From Tubulanus polymorphus (taxonomy: Eukaryota; Animalia; Nemertea): a DNA stretch of 64,000 nucleotides. The stretch is taken from assembly GCF_964204645.1 (NCBI RefSeq), contig NC_134035.1, positions 558,001-622,000 on the forward strand, in the 5' to 3' direction. Positions 36,721 to 49,422 of this stretch are shown in pieces. Under the pieces are notes generated by a model, which worked only from the letters and a program-made list of their open reading frames with translations, was not told where the DNA came from and did no database searches. The position numbers were made by a program, and so were the translations under genes. Every line of letters starts with the position of its first letter. Position 1 is the stretch's first letter.

Positions 36721-37885
36721 TTATTTTTTGACAGCAGTTACACACATAAAATAAACAGACTTCAAAATAATCAAATCCGTCGACATTGTGCAGCGGAGGA
36801 TTTCGGGGGTCAGTCCTCTGGGGGCCGGACCCTTGCTTTCACAATGAGGTCGTGCTTTTTATCGAGGTACATTTCGTTAAATATTAGGCAGATATTTCGG
36901 GTTACAAAATATCCACAGAAATGATAAAAATATAAACCTTATTTCACAGATTGACACGAACCCCCCCCCCCCTCCCCCTCATCAGGTGAAATATCAGTGA
37001 ATCAAAATGAATAAAACTACAGATCTACATACAGCATACAGCAAGGGTTATATCGAATTACAAGTGCTCAATTCTAAGCTAATAACAAGCAAAAGTGTTT
37101 AATTACCAGCTAATTATTTAAGGTACATTTTTAGCATTTCGTTAAAACCTGCAAGTTTGGCATATCATCTCATCCTCTCAGAAATTGCATCATTCGGGTG
37201 TATTTTGGTCAAAACTATCTTATACCGAGGCTGGGACCAGAGCGCGCTCTACCATGGCTGCTTAATCCGAGAATTCTATTTTTTTCTCAACTCCCGCCTT
37301 ACAATTTTGCTTGATCCTCCCCTGACATAAGATGCCATCCTAACACTAATAGGAGGAATTGTATAACGGATTCGCACGCAGTGGCAGCTGCTGTCCCGAG
37401 ATAAAAATAAACCCTGAAAAAAAAAATCTTTAAGCGTTTTATGTTTGATATTCGGGTATAAAACACGTAGGAAACAAAGCGTTTCAAACTGTGAGCTAAC
37501 TTACACTATATACAGCGTGTTTAGTCGGGGGGCTCCTCGCGACAGAGAGAGTAGATATCAATCGAATTTACTCATACGACATAACATTCGTACGATATTT
37601 ATTCATATACAAGTTCTTTGAAATGAAGTTTGATACATGAATGAGGCCCCAGAAATTAAATCAAATGAAAATTAGTAGCTATAAGTGACGTCATCTGCAA
37701 AATGACTCTATATTACGAAACTATTGGAGTTCAAAAAATGAAAATCCGACAATTGATGAAATATCTTGGTTGAGTTCAGGTTCGCGATTTTCCCTTTTAA
37801 TCCCACTATAAGAATGACAATGAATCAATCTAATAACAGTTAGAAAATGACTTAAATTTTCTTATATTTTGTGTCTGCGATTCAG

Positions 37886-37978
37886 GATCCAGTTCCACAG
37901 TTGTGAGTTAAGATTTGACTCAGAGAAAATTAACTAACTTCAGAGTTAACTTCCTTCTCACAACTACGGAACTGGGTC
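37886..37978. mobile_element. Short MITE
   Basis: TIR GATCCAGTTCCACAGTTGTGAG / CTCACAACTACGGAACTGGGTC. Related ends occur at ~17225 and ~29120. Confidence 0.7.
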
Positions 37979-40900
37979 GTGTATGTTATCTGTGTGGGTT
38001 GTGATAGCGGTGTGAAATTGAATATAAACATAGCAAAGTTAATAACTAAATTGTGGTTCTATTTTAGAGATTCAACTTTCGGAAAGACACACACACATAA
38101 ACCGTACACATCAGGTGTTGATATAAGCGAATTGAAACGCGTGAAACCATTTTCAAAAACGTGCTGTTTGTACTTTTATCATATATGATATCTTGAAACC
38201 AATATTTATCAAATATCGGGTATAAGTAAACATCTAACGTTTATATATAGTCACCGTGTAGGAAATATTCTATTTACAAAAGTCCTCAATTTCTAGTATG
38301 ATTATCATATGGTTATCTGTCGGACGTTATTGACCTGAATTGCGTTATATCCGAACTTTCGGGCCAATTACAAGTACCCCGAGTACGTAAGTGGTATTTA
38401 GAAGTGTGATTCGATTTGAATATTAAACGACTACCCCCTTCTCTCGATTTCGAAAATTTCTGGGAAATTATATTCTACCCCATATAAATGGTTAATTCAG
38501 CAGTCCAGCTCCGGTTTTGGGACCAGTAATTTGCGATTGGTGGTAACTGCAATTAATTTGCAATTGTTCTAAGATTTGTTAATCAGTAAGATTGATAATC
38601 CTACTATAAATATATCAATATCCTGCAGTTTACATGAAATAGTGAGAGTTTATTCGACTGCTAATTCTCAGTCATTCAATCGCATAGAATTGAAGTCTAA
38701 ATCTAATCCTGCATCTCAAATGACAACGATCGACTTGCGGTAGAAAACTTATTAGGAAAATAGCTATGATCGAAAGAAAGAATATACCCGGCCTTTCGTA
38801 ATTTCCCTAGAATCGATCATTACCGTTACGCTACTACAAACTGAAAAAGGTCTCTTACTCCATCGTGATAATTTGTTGCCATGACATTTATGTAAATAAA
38901 CATCATGTACCGCCGTATGAGTCAGTGGAAACAGCGGCGGCCGATTGCGATTGGATTTTTTATTCGAGTCACTTTACTTTCCTTTGAATCGAAAAAAATG
39001 ACTACGGAAATATCGTCTGAATACATCAATTACGATAAGTTACTGATAAGTTAAATAGTGTGGGACTTGGTTTACATCGCGGCAAGCGACTTTAGTCAAT
39101 AATTCGATTGAAAATTATGGAAAAGAAGCAAAATCTCGGCTGAATTCTATGGACCGTATTCAAAACTGATAGAATATTTGGCCGTTAGTTTTGAAAATGT
39201 CCGATACAATTGAGTCTGAAGAAACGTCACTAAATTCTCATTCTCTTCATAAATAGGGGTTTTTTCTTCAATATTCGTCGACAGTTTCATCTCAGAAAAG
39301 TGCCGCAAAAACAACTCGAGAAAAGAGCATAAAAACACCGTTAACACAACTCGATACGCGCCATGGAGCGCGGAAACAATGCACGAAACTAGAGCTATGC
39401 TAATTCTGACATTAGAAAACAAAGACTCGCCTTGTCACAGAGGTGTCGGTGACGTTACGTGAGTAATTGTTAAGTATTTAACGTAAATCATTCGCATATA
39501 TAGTAATCAGTTTATATACGTGCACAAGCGACTACACTCGGACTCACACATTCCTAAGACAAAAGTCAGCCATCAAATATTTGTTTAGTGAGGCGATTAT
39601 TAAGTATCGAAGGGATGGTCGTCTTTCGTTGAATACTGATTCCTGACGATCCTGACATTTTTTTTCTGCGATCGAAGGATTAATCACGAAGATTTGTATC
39701 TGAAAAGGCAACAAATTTGAAAAAAAAGAATTTGAAAAACGATCGGTACGCAACGGTAAGATTATTTCTCTTTTACGATTTGGTTAACGCCGAGATGAAC
39801 TCGCGTTATGCCGTCTTGAAAATCTAATCAACCCTAGGATCGAACATTTTCCAAAAATCGAAAGAGCAAATTATAACTCAACTGATCAAAACATTAACTT
39901 AAATTCTTTTACGAAACGTTGAATAAACTATAACTATATAGCCCAAGGAAACATTTTCAGACTTTTCATTATTATTGTGGGATTTTCTTTGTATATAGCA
40001 TATAAGAAACTAACTACCCCCGGTGAACTTGAATGAAGTCATGCTCACACGACGCTCGACCATCTGATGTATGAAATATGTCAAATATTCAGTCTCTTCC
40101 ACGGGTTTTTTTAACCTTTCTCATTATATATCGCGGTTAATTATTTTCGACGAGACAGAGATGTATTTATGCTATTGAAGTAGTTAATTATCATTCCTGA
40201 CATCGTATGTTTAGGTCGACCTTAAACCGATAAAATAAATGCATTGTTTTCAGTTGATAATTCCATGCATGAGTCGAAAATTCCGCGCCAGGCTTGGGGG
40301 GGGGGGGGTTAGGTAGGACGTTAGGAGCTTTCCGCGCCAGGCTGGGGGGGGGTAGGTAGGACGTTAGGAGCTTTCAAAACGTTAGGTAAAATGTTAGGAG
40401 CTTTCCGTCAATCTCCGTCGTTACGGTCAAATACTAAATTTGTAAAACGTAATTATTTTTTTCTGAGGTATTCTCTAATACCATTCGGATCTACTTTAAC
40501 TTATTGTTCTAGGAAACCGAACAGTATTTGTTGTCATTATACGGTACATGCACGACTCAATGGCATACACACAACTTGACCAGAGATAAGAATATTCGAA
40601 ATATGCGCAAATACAACTTCAATTACTTTTGCGAATTAACGCTCGTTAAGGACTCCTTTGTGCTAGGGGTCTATTCGTTTGAATTGTAAAAATATTGTGG
40701 GGGCGTAGAAAATTAGACCGGCTTTGAACAGGAACGCATTGGCGCCCTGAATATATACGGTTTATTAAAAATATATAATGATCCGTTAGGTATGAATTTT
40801 GTCAATAATAGAATGTCTGGGCGGGCAGGCTGTCGTGCAGGCAGGCGGGCAGGCAGGCGGGCGGGCAGGCTGTCGTGCAGGCAGGGGCTGTGTCGTGTAT

Positions 40901-43900
40901 TATTGCCCAGTCCCCTTCGACGAGTAAATTGCGTATAGAAACTGCGATTTATGTATCATCTGAACTAGGAATAACAAATTGCTCATTCTTCTGAACTTTC
41001 CAACTTACTCGTTTAAACTCTCCTTAAATTTACGGAATTTATCAATTCCCATTCTCCTTTTACTGGGCGATCGCGATGGCGGCTTTAAGGCTTGCTCGGC
41101 AACTACATTTCTTTCTCTCTTTCAATAATTCATTGCTTGTTCGATAATTTTAACTTGAACTTAAAATGGTCATTAATCCTCAATAATCCACGTTGATTAT
41201 TGCTTCAAATCCTGAAATAATACTCGCTAATTCCTGAATGACACTGATTGTAAACCGATAACCATTCTACAGGATTATATCCGCTATAACTCGGGGAATC
41301 ACGCTGGTTTTTCGCAGCTTGTTAAACCTTTAATCCTATAGAATATTAAGTAATATGTTTAAGGAAATGTCTGGTCTGGTGCGAATATACCTTGAGATTG
41401 GTGGCTATAGGCTCTCGGTTTTGATATCCTATTTCACTTTTAATAAACGGTAGTTAGAGCTTCACATTTTCAACAGCAAACTTTTTTCTCAAATAAGAGA
41501 CAATTTCACATAGAGATACGAAGTCTATCGATAATTGTTTTAAAGCCCGCATACTTTCCGCGTTCAGTGCATTTTTAGCTATTTTCTGAAGTATACATCT
41601 ATACACGTTTTTAAGAGCCCTTTTTACGAGGATGCTACTTCACCGTAGAGCCACGGTATATACTATTCTATACGCAGTTTTCAACATTAAAACGTTGTTA
41701 TAGCTTTTTCTGTCGATAGAATTTCATATTCAAATTATCGAACGGTGACTAATAAAGCGGGTCGGTTACTAATTCAAAACACGGACACTATCGTTCCCTA
41801 GCTCGCGAACAACGTATGTTGTTAACATTTGAAAATCATTTAAAAATCTTGATTTATTTATGAAGAGCCGATGTTTTGAACGCAGATCGGCTTTGACGAA
41901 CACGTTTTCATGATTTATACATACAACATATATATAATAATGTGTTGGATTTAATCCGAAATCGTTTCAATACATTCTCGTAAAACGTTGTAATAACCAC
42001 TTCACGAAATCAACGTCAATAGCTAGTTAGTATAGTGAGCATTTTGTTTACGTCTATAATTGTTTCAAATGACGGTCAATAGAAACAAATCATTGGATTA
42101 ATAATTTATATTCGTTTTAAACGGAGTTTATGACTCGGATTTAAATACGTGTAGTTATCCGTGAATTTCTGTGAATTTAGTACGGATGTCCACGTCGGAT
42201 TCAGATCGTATGACAGGACTGGTATTTGTGTGAAGAAGTCCCTGGATATCATTGGGCTGGAACTAAAAATGTAATAATATCCCTGTATTTATTACGGTAT
42301 AGTATTCGTAGTTAAACGGTATAAATATTGTGGTATTTTGTGATAATTGTTTTCGCGCGCTCCGTACACATAAACACGCAGTTTAATCGATGATTTAGAC
42401 AGGATAATATTCAGTTTGAGAGCACAAAAATACCTTATTGAATTCAGTGACGAGTGATGTCGAAGATTGGTAAGTATTTTCGGTGACGTCGGTTTTGAAT
42501 GAGTTGAGAAAAACCTTTATTTAACCCTGGGGACTATCTGGCATATCTGGCAGAATGACAAGCCGCATATTCATGATTTTAGTTTATTTCGTGTCACTTA
42601 TGAGGAATCAATATCAGTTTTGTATTTTCACATTGAAATGGTTTTTTTAGGGGGAGGGATGGGTCTGACTTGACCCCGAGGCTGCTTCGTTATTAGTTTA
42701 GATTACCTGAATATTTACAGAGAAACTTCATAATCGGAACAAGTGTATCCTTAAAACATATATGATTACCTCGGTTTTTATGCAATGTTTAAGTTTAACC
42801 AACTTTAGTTGAACAACACTGATCCCGGTACTTATTTGCTCGTCGACTTATATTTTCATTACGTAGTTTTCATTTTTTCGCTATCGTTCAAATTATTAAG
42901 AATCAAACATAATAATGCGTGAAGATTTATAAGGTTCGCCGAAAGCTTGATATAGAGGATCCCGCGCTTAATGAATATTCCTGAAGGTGACTTTAGTCAA
43001 AGTGTTGAATTGAATAAATGCTGAAGGTTGAAGGAAATACTATAAATACTATACTTTAAATGAAATTGATCTTTTTTCTGGGGGGGGGGGGGGGGGGGTA
43101 AGGTTGGTAGATCTGGATGTTTGCTCGCGGATGGACTGTTTATGAATGGCCATATGAAAATTGACTGGAACCAAAACCATGCAGATGATCACCTGCCATT
43201 TGAGACATTGATTTCATTTCTCGTGATATTTTTCTGGTGGATAATTGTAAAATCCAGGGATTTCAAAATACCACCAGCACGAATTGAGAACTCACATACA
43301 AGTCTACCAACCTTACCCTCCAAAAACATTAATTTCACATTATAGTTGATGAACAATTAATCTTAAAGCTTTGGTAACACATTTTCTGAGACACTCAGTT
43401 TATCATATCGATTATCTTGTGGATATCTATTGTCTAGCATATGATTCTTTTCACTAGCATGCGACTTGTGCATGTAGAAAGTCTTAACAACGAACGAAGA
43501 CAAAATGAAATTCTCTTGTAGCGAGTAGTAGTAAAAAAAGACTAATATACGATTGACGTGTCACGATTCTTACGGTTTCCTAATAAACTCTACATATTAA
43601 ACTGTCTTCGGTTTTTTATGTCTCATCGTAAATAAGCCAACAGTCTATATCCAGACCTACGCGCTCTCATAAAAATTACTTGTCACATGATATATTTAAT
43701 TCCGACGTGGTCGTAATCCTAATGAAAGTCTCGAATTACATGCGCTATGAAAAAGAAATCGTCAATACGTAAAAGAACGGCTAATAAAACCGCACAGCAC
43801 GAAATGGAAAAACTTGTTGACATTTCGTTGTAAGGTCTCAGTTGACTTTAGATCGTACTGTCCCATTTATCATTAGAAAAACCTGCGCCGCATTGTGTTT

Positions 43901-45860
43901 GAGGAATAGGAGAAAAGAAATGCTGTAAGCGAGTAATGTACAAACGGTTTTTACAACGTCGTTTCGATATGACACCGATATCACTGGTAACAAATTAGCT
44001 TTCTCCGGCCCAGGACCACACCCTTTATAGACATTGTAGTTTGGAGTTTGGACGATCGACTTTTTGAAAGTGCGCCGATTCAATGTCTAATGTTTAGAAA
44101 AAAACATAAGAGACATTAATGTCTTATGTTTAGACATTAGAAGCGAAAGCTCGTGCGTCAAATAAATAGTGAACCTATATAGTACTACTCGTTTCGTGAA
44201 GTACTTAACACATGTGACTTGGAGGATGGACACAATTTTGGAAGAATTGTGCTTATGAGGTCGTACGTGTGACGAGATCTGGAGCCCACAGGACGCAGTG
44301 AAACGCAGAATCTGTTTGATATCAGTAACAAACCCTGTTTCTCGTATAAAGGCACACGACACAGGAAAGGCTGGAAACATATTTCTTTCTGTTTCCTGTT
44401 TTCGTGTTTACCTGCGTCGTGTGCGTTGAGCTTGAGTGACCACGATCTGGACAAACAGATCTTTCCAATTCACATGAACTCGCCCATGCCATTTCTTTAT
44501 TGATGAGATATTTCCAGACACATCTGGTGGCTGAACTATCGCGCGTTGACTATATTCATTGATGACACGTACGATATATCACGATCGTAGGAATTCTAAA
44601 TGACTTTTGTCACGACGCCAATAAAATATGGTCTTCGAAAGCCACTAAGACAAATGAGTCTTCACAAGCACTGCGTGTACTATATATTTAAAGGAAGCAC
44701 CGATGTATTGACTGATTTTTTGACAGTTCGAATAATAAACCAAACAAATGCTTGACAATCTATTCAATTGAACTGTTCACCGAATTCGTAAGATATCTTA
44801 TCAATATACGTATTATTTTAAGTATCTGACCCTTTTTGGTTTTTGTGGTTTTCTAACGACGCGTAAATGTAGTTTGTTTTGTTAATTATGAATTGACAGG
44901 CGTAACCACGGTGGCTTTGTGGTGAATAGTTGTATCTGTCAGAACTTCGCTAATCATATCTTTATATGATTTCAGTGATAACGAGTCGAGCCGGGTTTTT
45001 ACGGCTTAATGATCACAAATGTTCAAAGGACTAATCAAACCTGGCTCCAGGTTGAACGAAAAGCCTGTTGTAGCCCGCTCACCAAAGCCGATGAAAATAC
45101 TACCTTCTAATAATGTCCCGCCAGAAAATTCCACCCTCTCCAAATTTGGCATTCTGTATTAACGGTGAAAGATCTGTCGGTAAAAATATCTCGTCGAAGC
45201 ATTCACTGCACGCGTTTATAGAGAAAACTTCACAAATATCCCACGCTGTTGTAAGTAGTGATTATGATACGAACGCGACAATCAGAATAATAACGATAAT
45301 GATACTTAATGTTAAAGGTCGTGTGATTAGAAAGTTATATCGTTTCCTTATTGATTGTAACAACATACGTGTAAGATAAGATAGTCTTGGGACTATGATA
45401 TGGTACAGTCGTAGGAAGCGTTCTCTAAAACTAAACAGAGTCTCGTTGGGGGGTGTTGATAAGATATCGGATAAATATCTATCTATCTATCTATCGGAGT
45501 AGGGAGACCGGGGAACATTGACCACCCGTTCAGGTCATTCAGTCGAGCTAGAACAACACTCCCTGTCCACCACGAGCTCGCTGCCGTCGTTTATCGAAAA
45601 TGTTAAAACTAAATGTTGTTGGTAAAAACCAGAAAAGTGGAACAAATTGTATAGCTGCATAAGAAAAATTCCACTGAGGGTGGCTGGGCTCGACGTGAAA
45701 CAGTCGGTGGGCCCAATTGATCAAAGCTTATTACACGTGTATTTGGGGGTTTCTTTCCTATCTCATTAAATGGTTTCCAAACACCAGTTTGTAAACTGTA
45801 AATCTACCGAATCCCGTTAACGTTTGAATTTACTTTATACTTGCAGATTGAATTGAGAAA

Positions 45861-48032
45861 ATGAGTTCGGATGAGGGCGCCGGTTGTGAGATCCCGGTTT
45901 GGATAAACGGTTCCGAGAAACTGATGACCGGTTTAACGAAACGAACGACTTGCGACGATATAGTATATTCGCTGTTACGTCACGAGGGTCTGAACGCGGA
46001 CGAGGTCGACGTCGATGTACACAATCACATGATATTCGAAAAATGGCGAAAAGTCGAACGACCTTTGGAAGGTAGAGCCAAGATCGTTAAAGTCTGGAAG
46101 GCTTGGGGTCCAGAAAAACGACACGTCAAATTCACCATACGTAAAATACAACTATCAGCTTCCGGTATGGGTCGCAGTCGTCGCAATAGAGGGCAGCACC
46201 GTCGACGAATGGCCACCGAGTTTTACGACGCCGAGAAGATTCGAGGAGAGCGCGTTCGACAACAGAACTTGGAGGATTTATTGAACATGGTTCTGGAACA
46301 ACAGTGCAAATTGCAAGACCAGTTGAACCGTATTCAAAAAACCGATAAAGAAATCGAGAATTTCGAAACGAACTTGCACGTAAACCGCATGCGCGAAAAA
46401 GGAATTAATTATTTACAGGATTCGTATTTACAAAGTCTAAGCGACGATAGTTCGGGTCTGGAAGACGCACTTCCAAATATGAAAGTCGACGATCTTGAAA
46501 CGTACTTAAAAGTGTGCGAAAGCATAATTCAGGTGGAAGAACTGATCGCGACGGAAAACGGTAAAATCGACGACCTTTCTCTTCAAATCCAGCTAGAAAA
46601 TAACGGTTCAATCGATTCGCCGATAACTTCCGGTTCCGGTGATTGCGATATCAATGAGATTAAAATACTGCGTGAGAAGTTAAGAATAGCGACTTCAGTC
46701 GGCGAATTTCAGGGAAAGGAACTCAATTCCGTCGACAAAAATGTCCTAAATAGTGACGTGGAATTAGAATCGAAATCACGATACTACGGTCGCATGGTAA
46801 ATGAACTGACTGCATTTGACCAAGCGACAACTGCTCAACAACCCGACAAATTAAATATTTTGCCTTCTCATTCTATAAGACCAAAGCCTTCAATAGTAGA
46901 CACTCGCGCGGAGCGACGGGAAATAATGTCTGAATCGGTAGAGAATGTTCCATCGAATAATAACCGTTTATCGCGTTTTGCGCCTCAAAATCAGAAACTA
47001 AGTTATCCCGTCATCGCCAACCGAACGAATCTAGTTCCGCCAATCGGAGCCGCGTCTCCGATATTCTCGCGTTCTAATTGGTTCGTTCAGTCCGGTGACG
47101 TCACTCAACGCGAAATCGTCCGAAGATTCCCGACGGACGGAAGCGCGACCGGTCAGAGTGAATCGAAAGAATCAGTAACTGAATCTGGGAATAGTGAATC
47201 ACGCACGACTGAGTCGGTTCACGTCATACACAACAGTAAACTCAATGATTCCACGGAACCTCAACGAAATATTCCTCCCGATTATAATCGAATATCCGAC
47301 AACAATCCACTCACATATAACCAGCGGTTCGGTGACCATCCGAAAAATAGCAACTACCAACAGACCTTCGGAATTCAGTTTATAAACCGGCCGGTAGGGG
47401 GCTCAGTATCTACAGCACCGTCAAAGTATCAACAGTTACAACAAACGTATTACATTAGCGAAAACGAACAGCTTAATTATAGTACATTTGGATACGATAA
47501 AAGTAGACATTTATCATTAGAAAATCTACATTCGCATCCTAGTCTATCTTTGAAGGAAATCGATTTTCACGAAAGCACTCCACACTCCCCGGCAAGGGGT
47601 ACTCGGCACTCCCCAGAAAACGGTATTCCGCACTCCCCAGCAAGCGGTACTCAGCACTCTCCAGCAAACTGTACTCAGCACTCTCCGGCAAGCGGTACTC
47701 AGCACTCCCCAGCCAGCAGTACCCAACACTCACCGCCCCCTCGCGTTAGTTTCAGCGACGATATCCAAGAACAGGACCACGTGACCAGCATGTTTAACAT
47801 TTTTAACAGCGATCGAAACATTCAACGCGTCGAAGTGAAACCGATCAAATCGATACTGAAAAACTCGCGTAACGACTATTACTACCCGACAGGACTGACC
47901 GAACTGATCAACGCCGACAAACGACAATTCGACGACGATTCGAACTCCGATACGGGATTGAGTTCGCTGCACAGTGACGAGGGATCGCCCGTCCCGAATA
48001 AATCACCCCCAGTTCTAGAAACACTAGTATGA
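45861..48032 (+). CDS. N-terminal Ras-association domain protein, RASSF9/RASSF10-like, single coding exon, 723 aa
   Basis: N-terminal RA domain (EIPVWINGSEKLMTGLTKRTTCDDIV...EKWRKVERPL...VWKAWG), coiled coils, DSNSDTGLSSLHS and C-terminal ETLV typical of RASSF9/10. Acceptor TTGCAG at 45846; candidate 5'UTR donor at 42470. Confidence 0.9.
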   Translation: MSSDEGAGCEIPVWINGSEKLMTGLTKRTTCDDIVYSLLRHEGLNADEVDVDVHNHMIFEKWRKVERPLEGRAKIVKVWKAWGPEKRHVKFTIRKIQLSASGMGRSRRNRGQHRRRMATEFYDAEKIRGERVRQQNLEDLLNMVLEQQCKLQDQLNRIQKTDKEIENFETNLHVNRMREKGINYLQDSYLQSLSDDSSGLEDALPNMKVDDLETYLKVCESIIQVEELIATENGKIDDLSLQIQLENNGSIDSPITSGSGDCDINEIKILREKLRIATSVGEFQGKELNSVDKNVLNSDVELESKSRYYGRMVNELTAFDQATTAQQPDKLNILPSHSIRPKPSIVDTRAERREIMSESVENVPSNNNRLSRFAPQNQKLSYPVIANRTNLVPPIGAASPIFSRSNWFVQSGDVTQREIVRRFPTDGSATGQSESKESVTESGNSESRTTESVHVIHNSKLNDSTEPQRNIPPDYNRISDNNPLTYNQRFGDHPKNSNYQQTFGIQFINRPVGGSVSTAPSKYQQLQQTYYISENEQLNYSTFGYDKSRHLSLENLHSHPSLSLKEIDFHESTPHSPARGTRHSPENGIPHSPASGTQHSPANCTQHSPASGTQHSPASSTQHSPPPRVSFSDDIQEQDHVTSMFNIFNSDRNIQRVEVKPIKSILKNSRNDYYYPTGLTELINADKRQFDDDSNSDTGLSSLHSDEGSPVPNKSPPVLETLV
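47583..47735 (+). repeat. In-frame 24-bp coding repeat (HSPxxxTQ) x6
   Basis: HSPARGTR HSPENGIP HSPASGTQ HSPANCTQ HSPASGTQ HSPASSTQ HSP. Confidence 0.9.
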
Positions 48033-48529
48033 TACACGTATTTATTATAAGTGTAGTACGTTCTTTTACATCATTTTAACGACGAATCATTGTGTAATAA
48101 TAGTGTAATCATTTATAGATATCATTATCGAGATTTGGATAAAATGTGCTAAACAAGTTGTTGTAGTCTCAAGAGTCAGTTAGATATAGTCTGCTGTGTA
48201 AACATGTGTATTCAGATAAATCAATAAATATAGATATTTCAGGGATTTACGTGTATTAGAGATCATTGCATGAAATAAATCTATAAAAACAAATTAATTA
48301 ATTTTTGTTGATGAATTTTGTTGTCGTCATATTTCTAAGAAAAAAATGCAAGACTGGTTTTCGAAATTTTCAAAGTAGACTCCGCCCGAATCGGATCCGG
48401 TCAACGCGGATAAGAATTCAGATGCCCCCGGACTCAGATCTCCAGATAATTCCGCGATTAATGAACCCCCCGACTCGCTCTCTCGTGCTCGCTCCCGACT
48501 CGCTGCGTATCTATCCCGCCGCATCCAGT

Positions 48530-48635
48530 TTATAAATAGTAAACTGTATTCTCTGCAACTCTGACTCAAACTCGGTGCAAGTGAAATGAGCTGCGATACT
48601 GAACGTATAAAAACAACGCTATTTCATCCAGGTTA
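48530..48635 (+). promoter_or_regulatory. MLCK core promoter and non-coding exon 1
   Basis: TTATAAATAG fits both TATA and the MEF2 consensus YTA(W)4TAR. Donor CAG|GTTAGT at ~48632 splices to the acceptor at 48778. Confidence 0.55.
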
Positions 48636-48778
48636 GTGCGGCTTATTCTGCTTCTTATTATCATTATCGGATGATATTGATTGCTGATTAACAGTTTTAC
48701 CGATAAACAAAACCAAAATCAACATCAGTGAGATTCGGAATTTGTGGAGATTACTTTCGGATTTTCAACATTTTCAGA

Positions 48779-49377
48779 ATGAGTATACGCATTGAGGAAA
48801 CCGAACCTTTAGAAGGTAAACACAATCTACATCAGTTTGAACAAAGGAGAAACTTTTGCTCCTTCAATTGTTCGTATTGTAATTAGGTAAACCTGCAATC
48901 TATAGGGAAATGACACAGTCGGTTTGACAAACCTACAAGCTCTTAAGTAAATCTTATCATCGTTTTTCTTTTGCCTACGAAAGCTTTGCACGATATAAAG
49001 CTACGGCCACATTTCTAACGCAATTTATTGAATAGTTCCTACGTTTTTAGTTCCTTCGTTTTCACAAATACCAGTGACTGCCCAACAGCAACTTAGTCAC
49101 CTAGAATATAGCATTTCATCATAACACGGGTCAGCGCATTATCGATCATATGTATTTCAGAGGACATAAAATTTTTTGAGCCCAGGGACATTCAACTGAA
49201 GAGCAAACAATGGGTAGTCGACGAATACGATATCATGGACTTTTTGGGCAGGTATGTTTGAAGTTAGTAGATCGATCGTTCTTCAATAAATATCTCTAGA
49301 ATAATCGCGCGCATTTTTTCGGTAGAAATCTGTATATATCATATACATCTATGAAGATGCACGGTAAAACTACCTGC

Positions 49378-49422
<45 letters not shown>

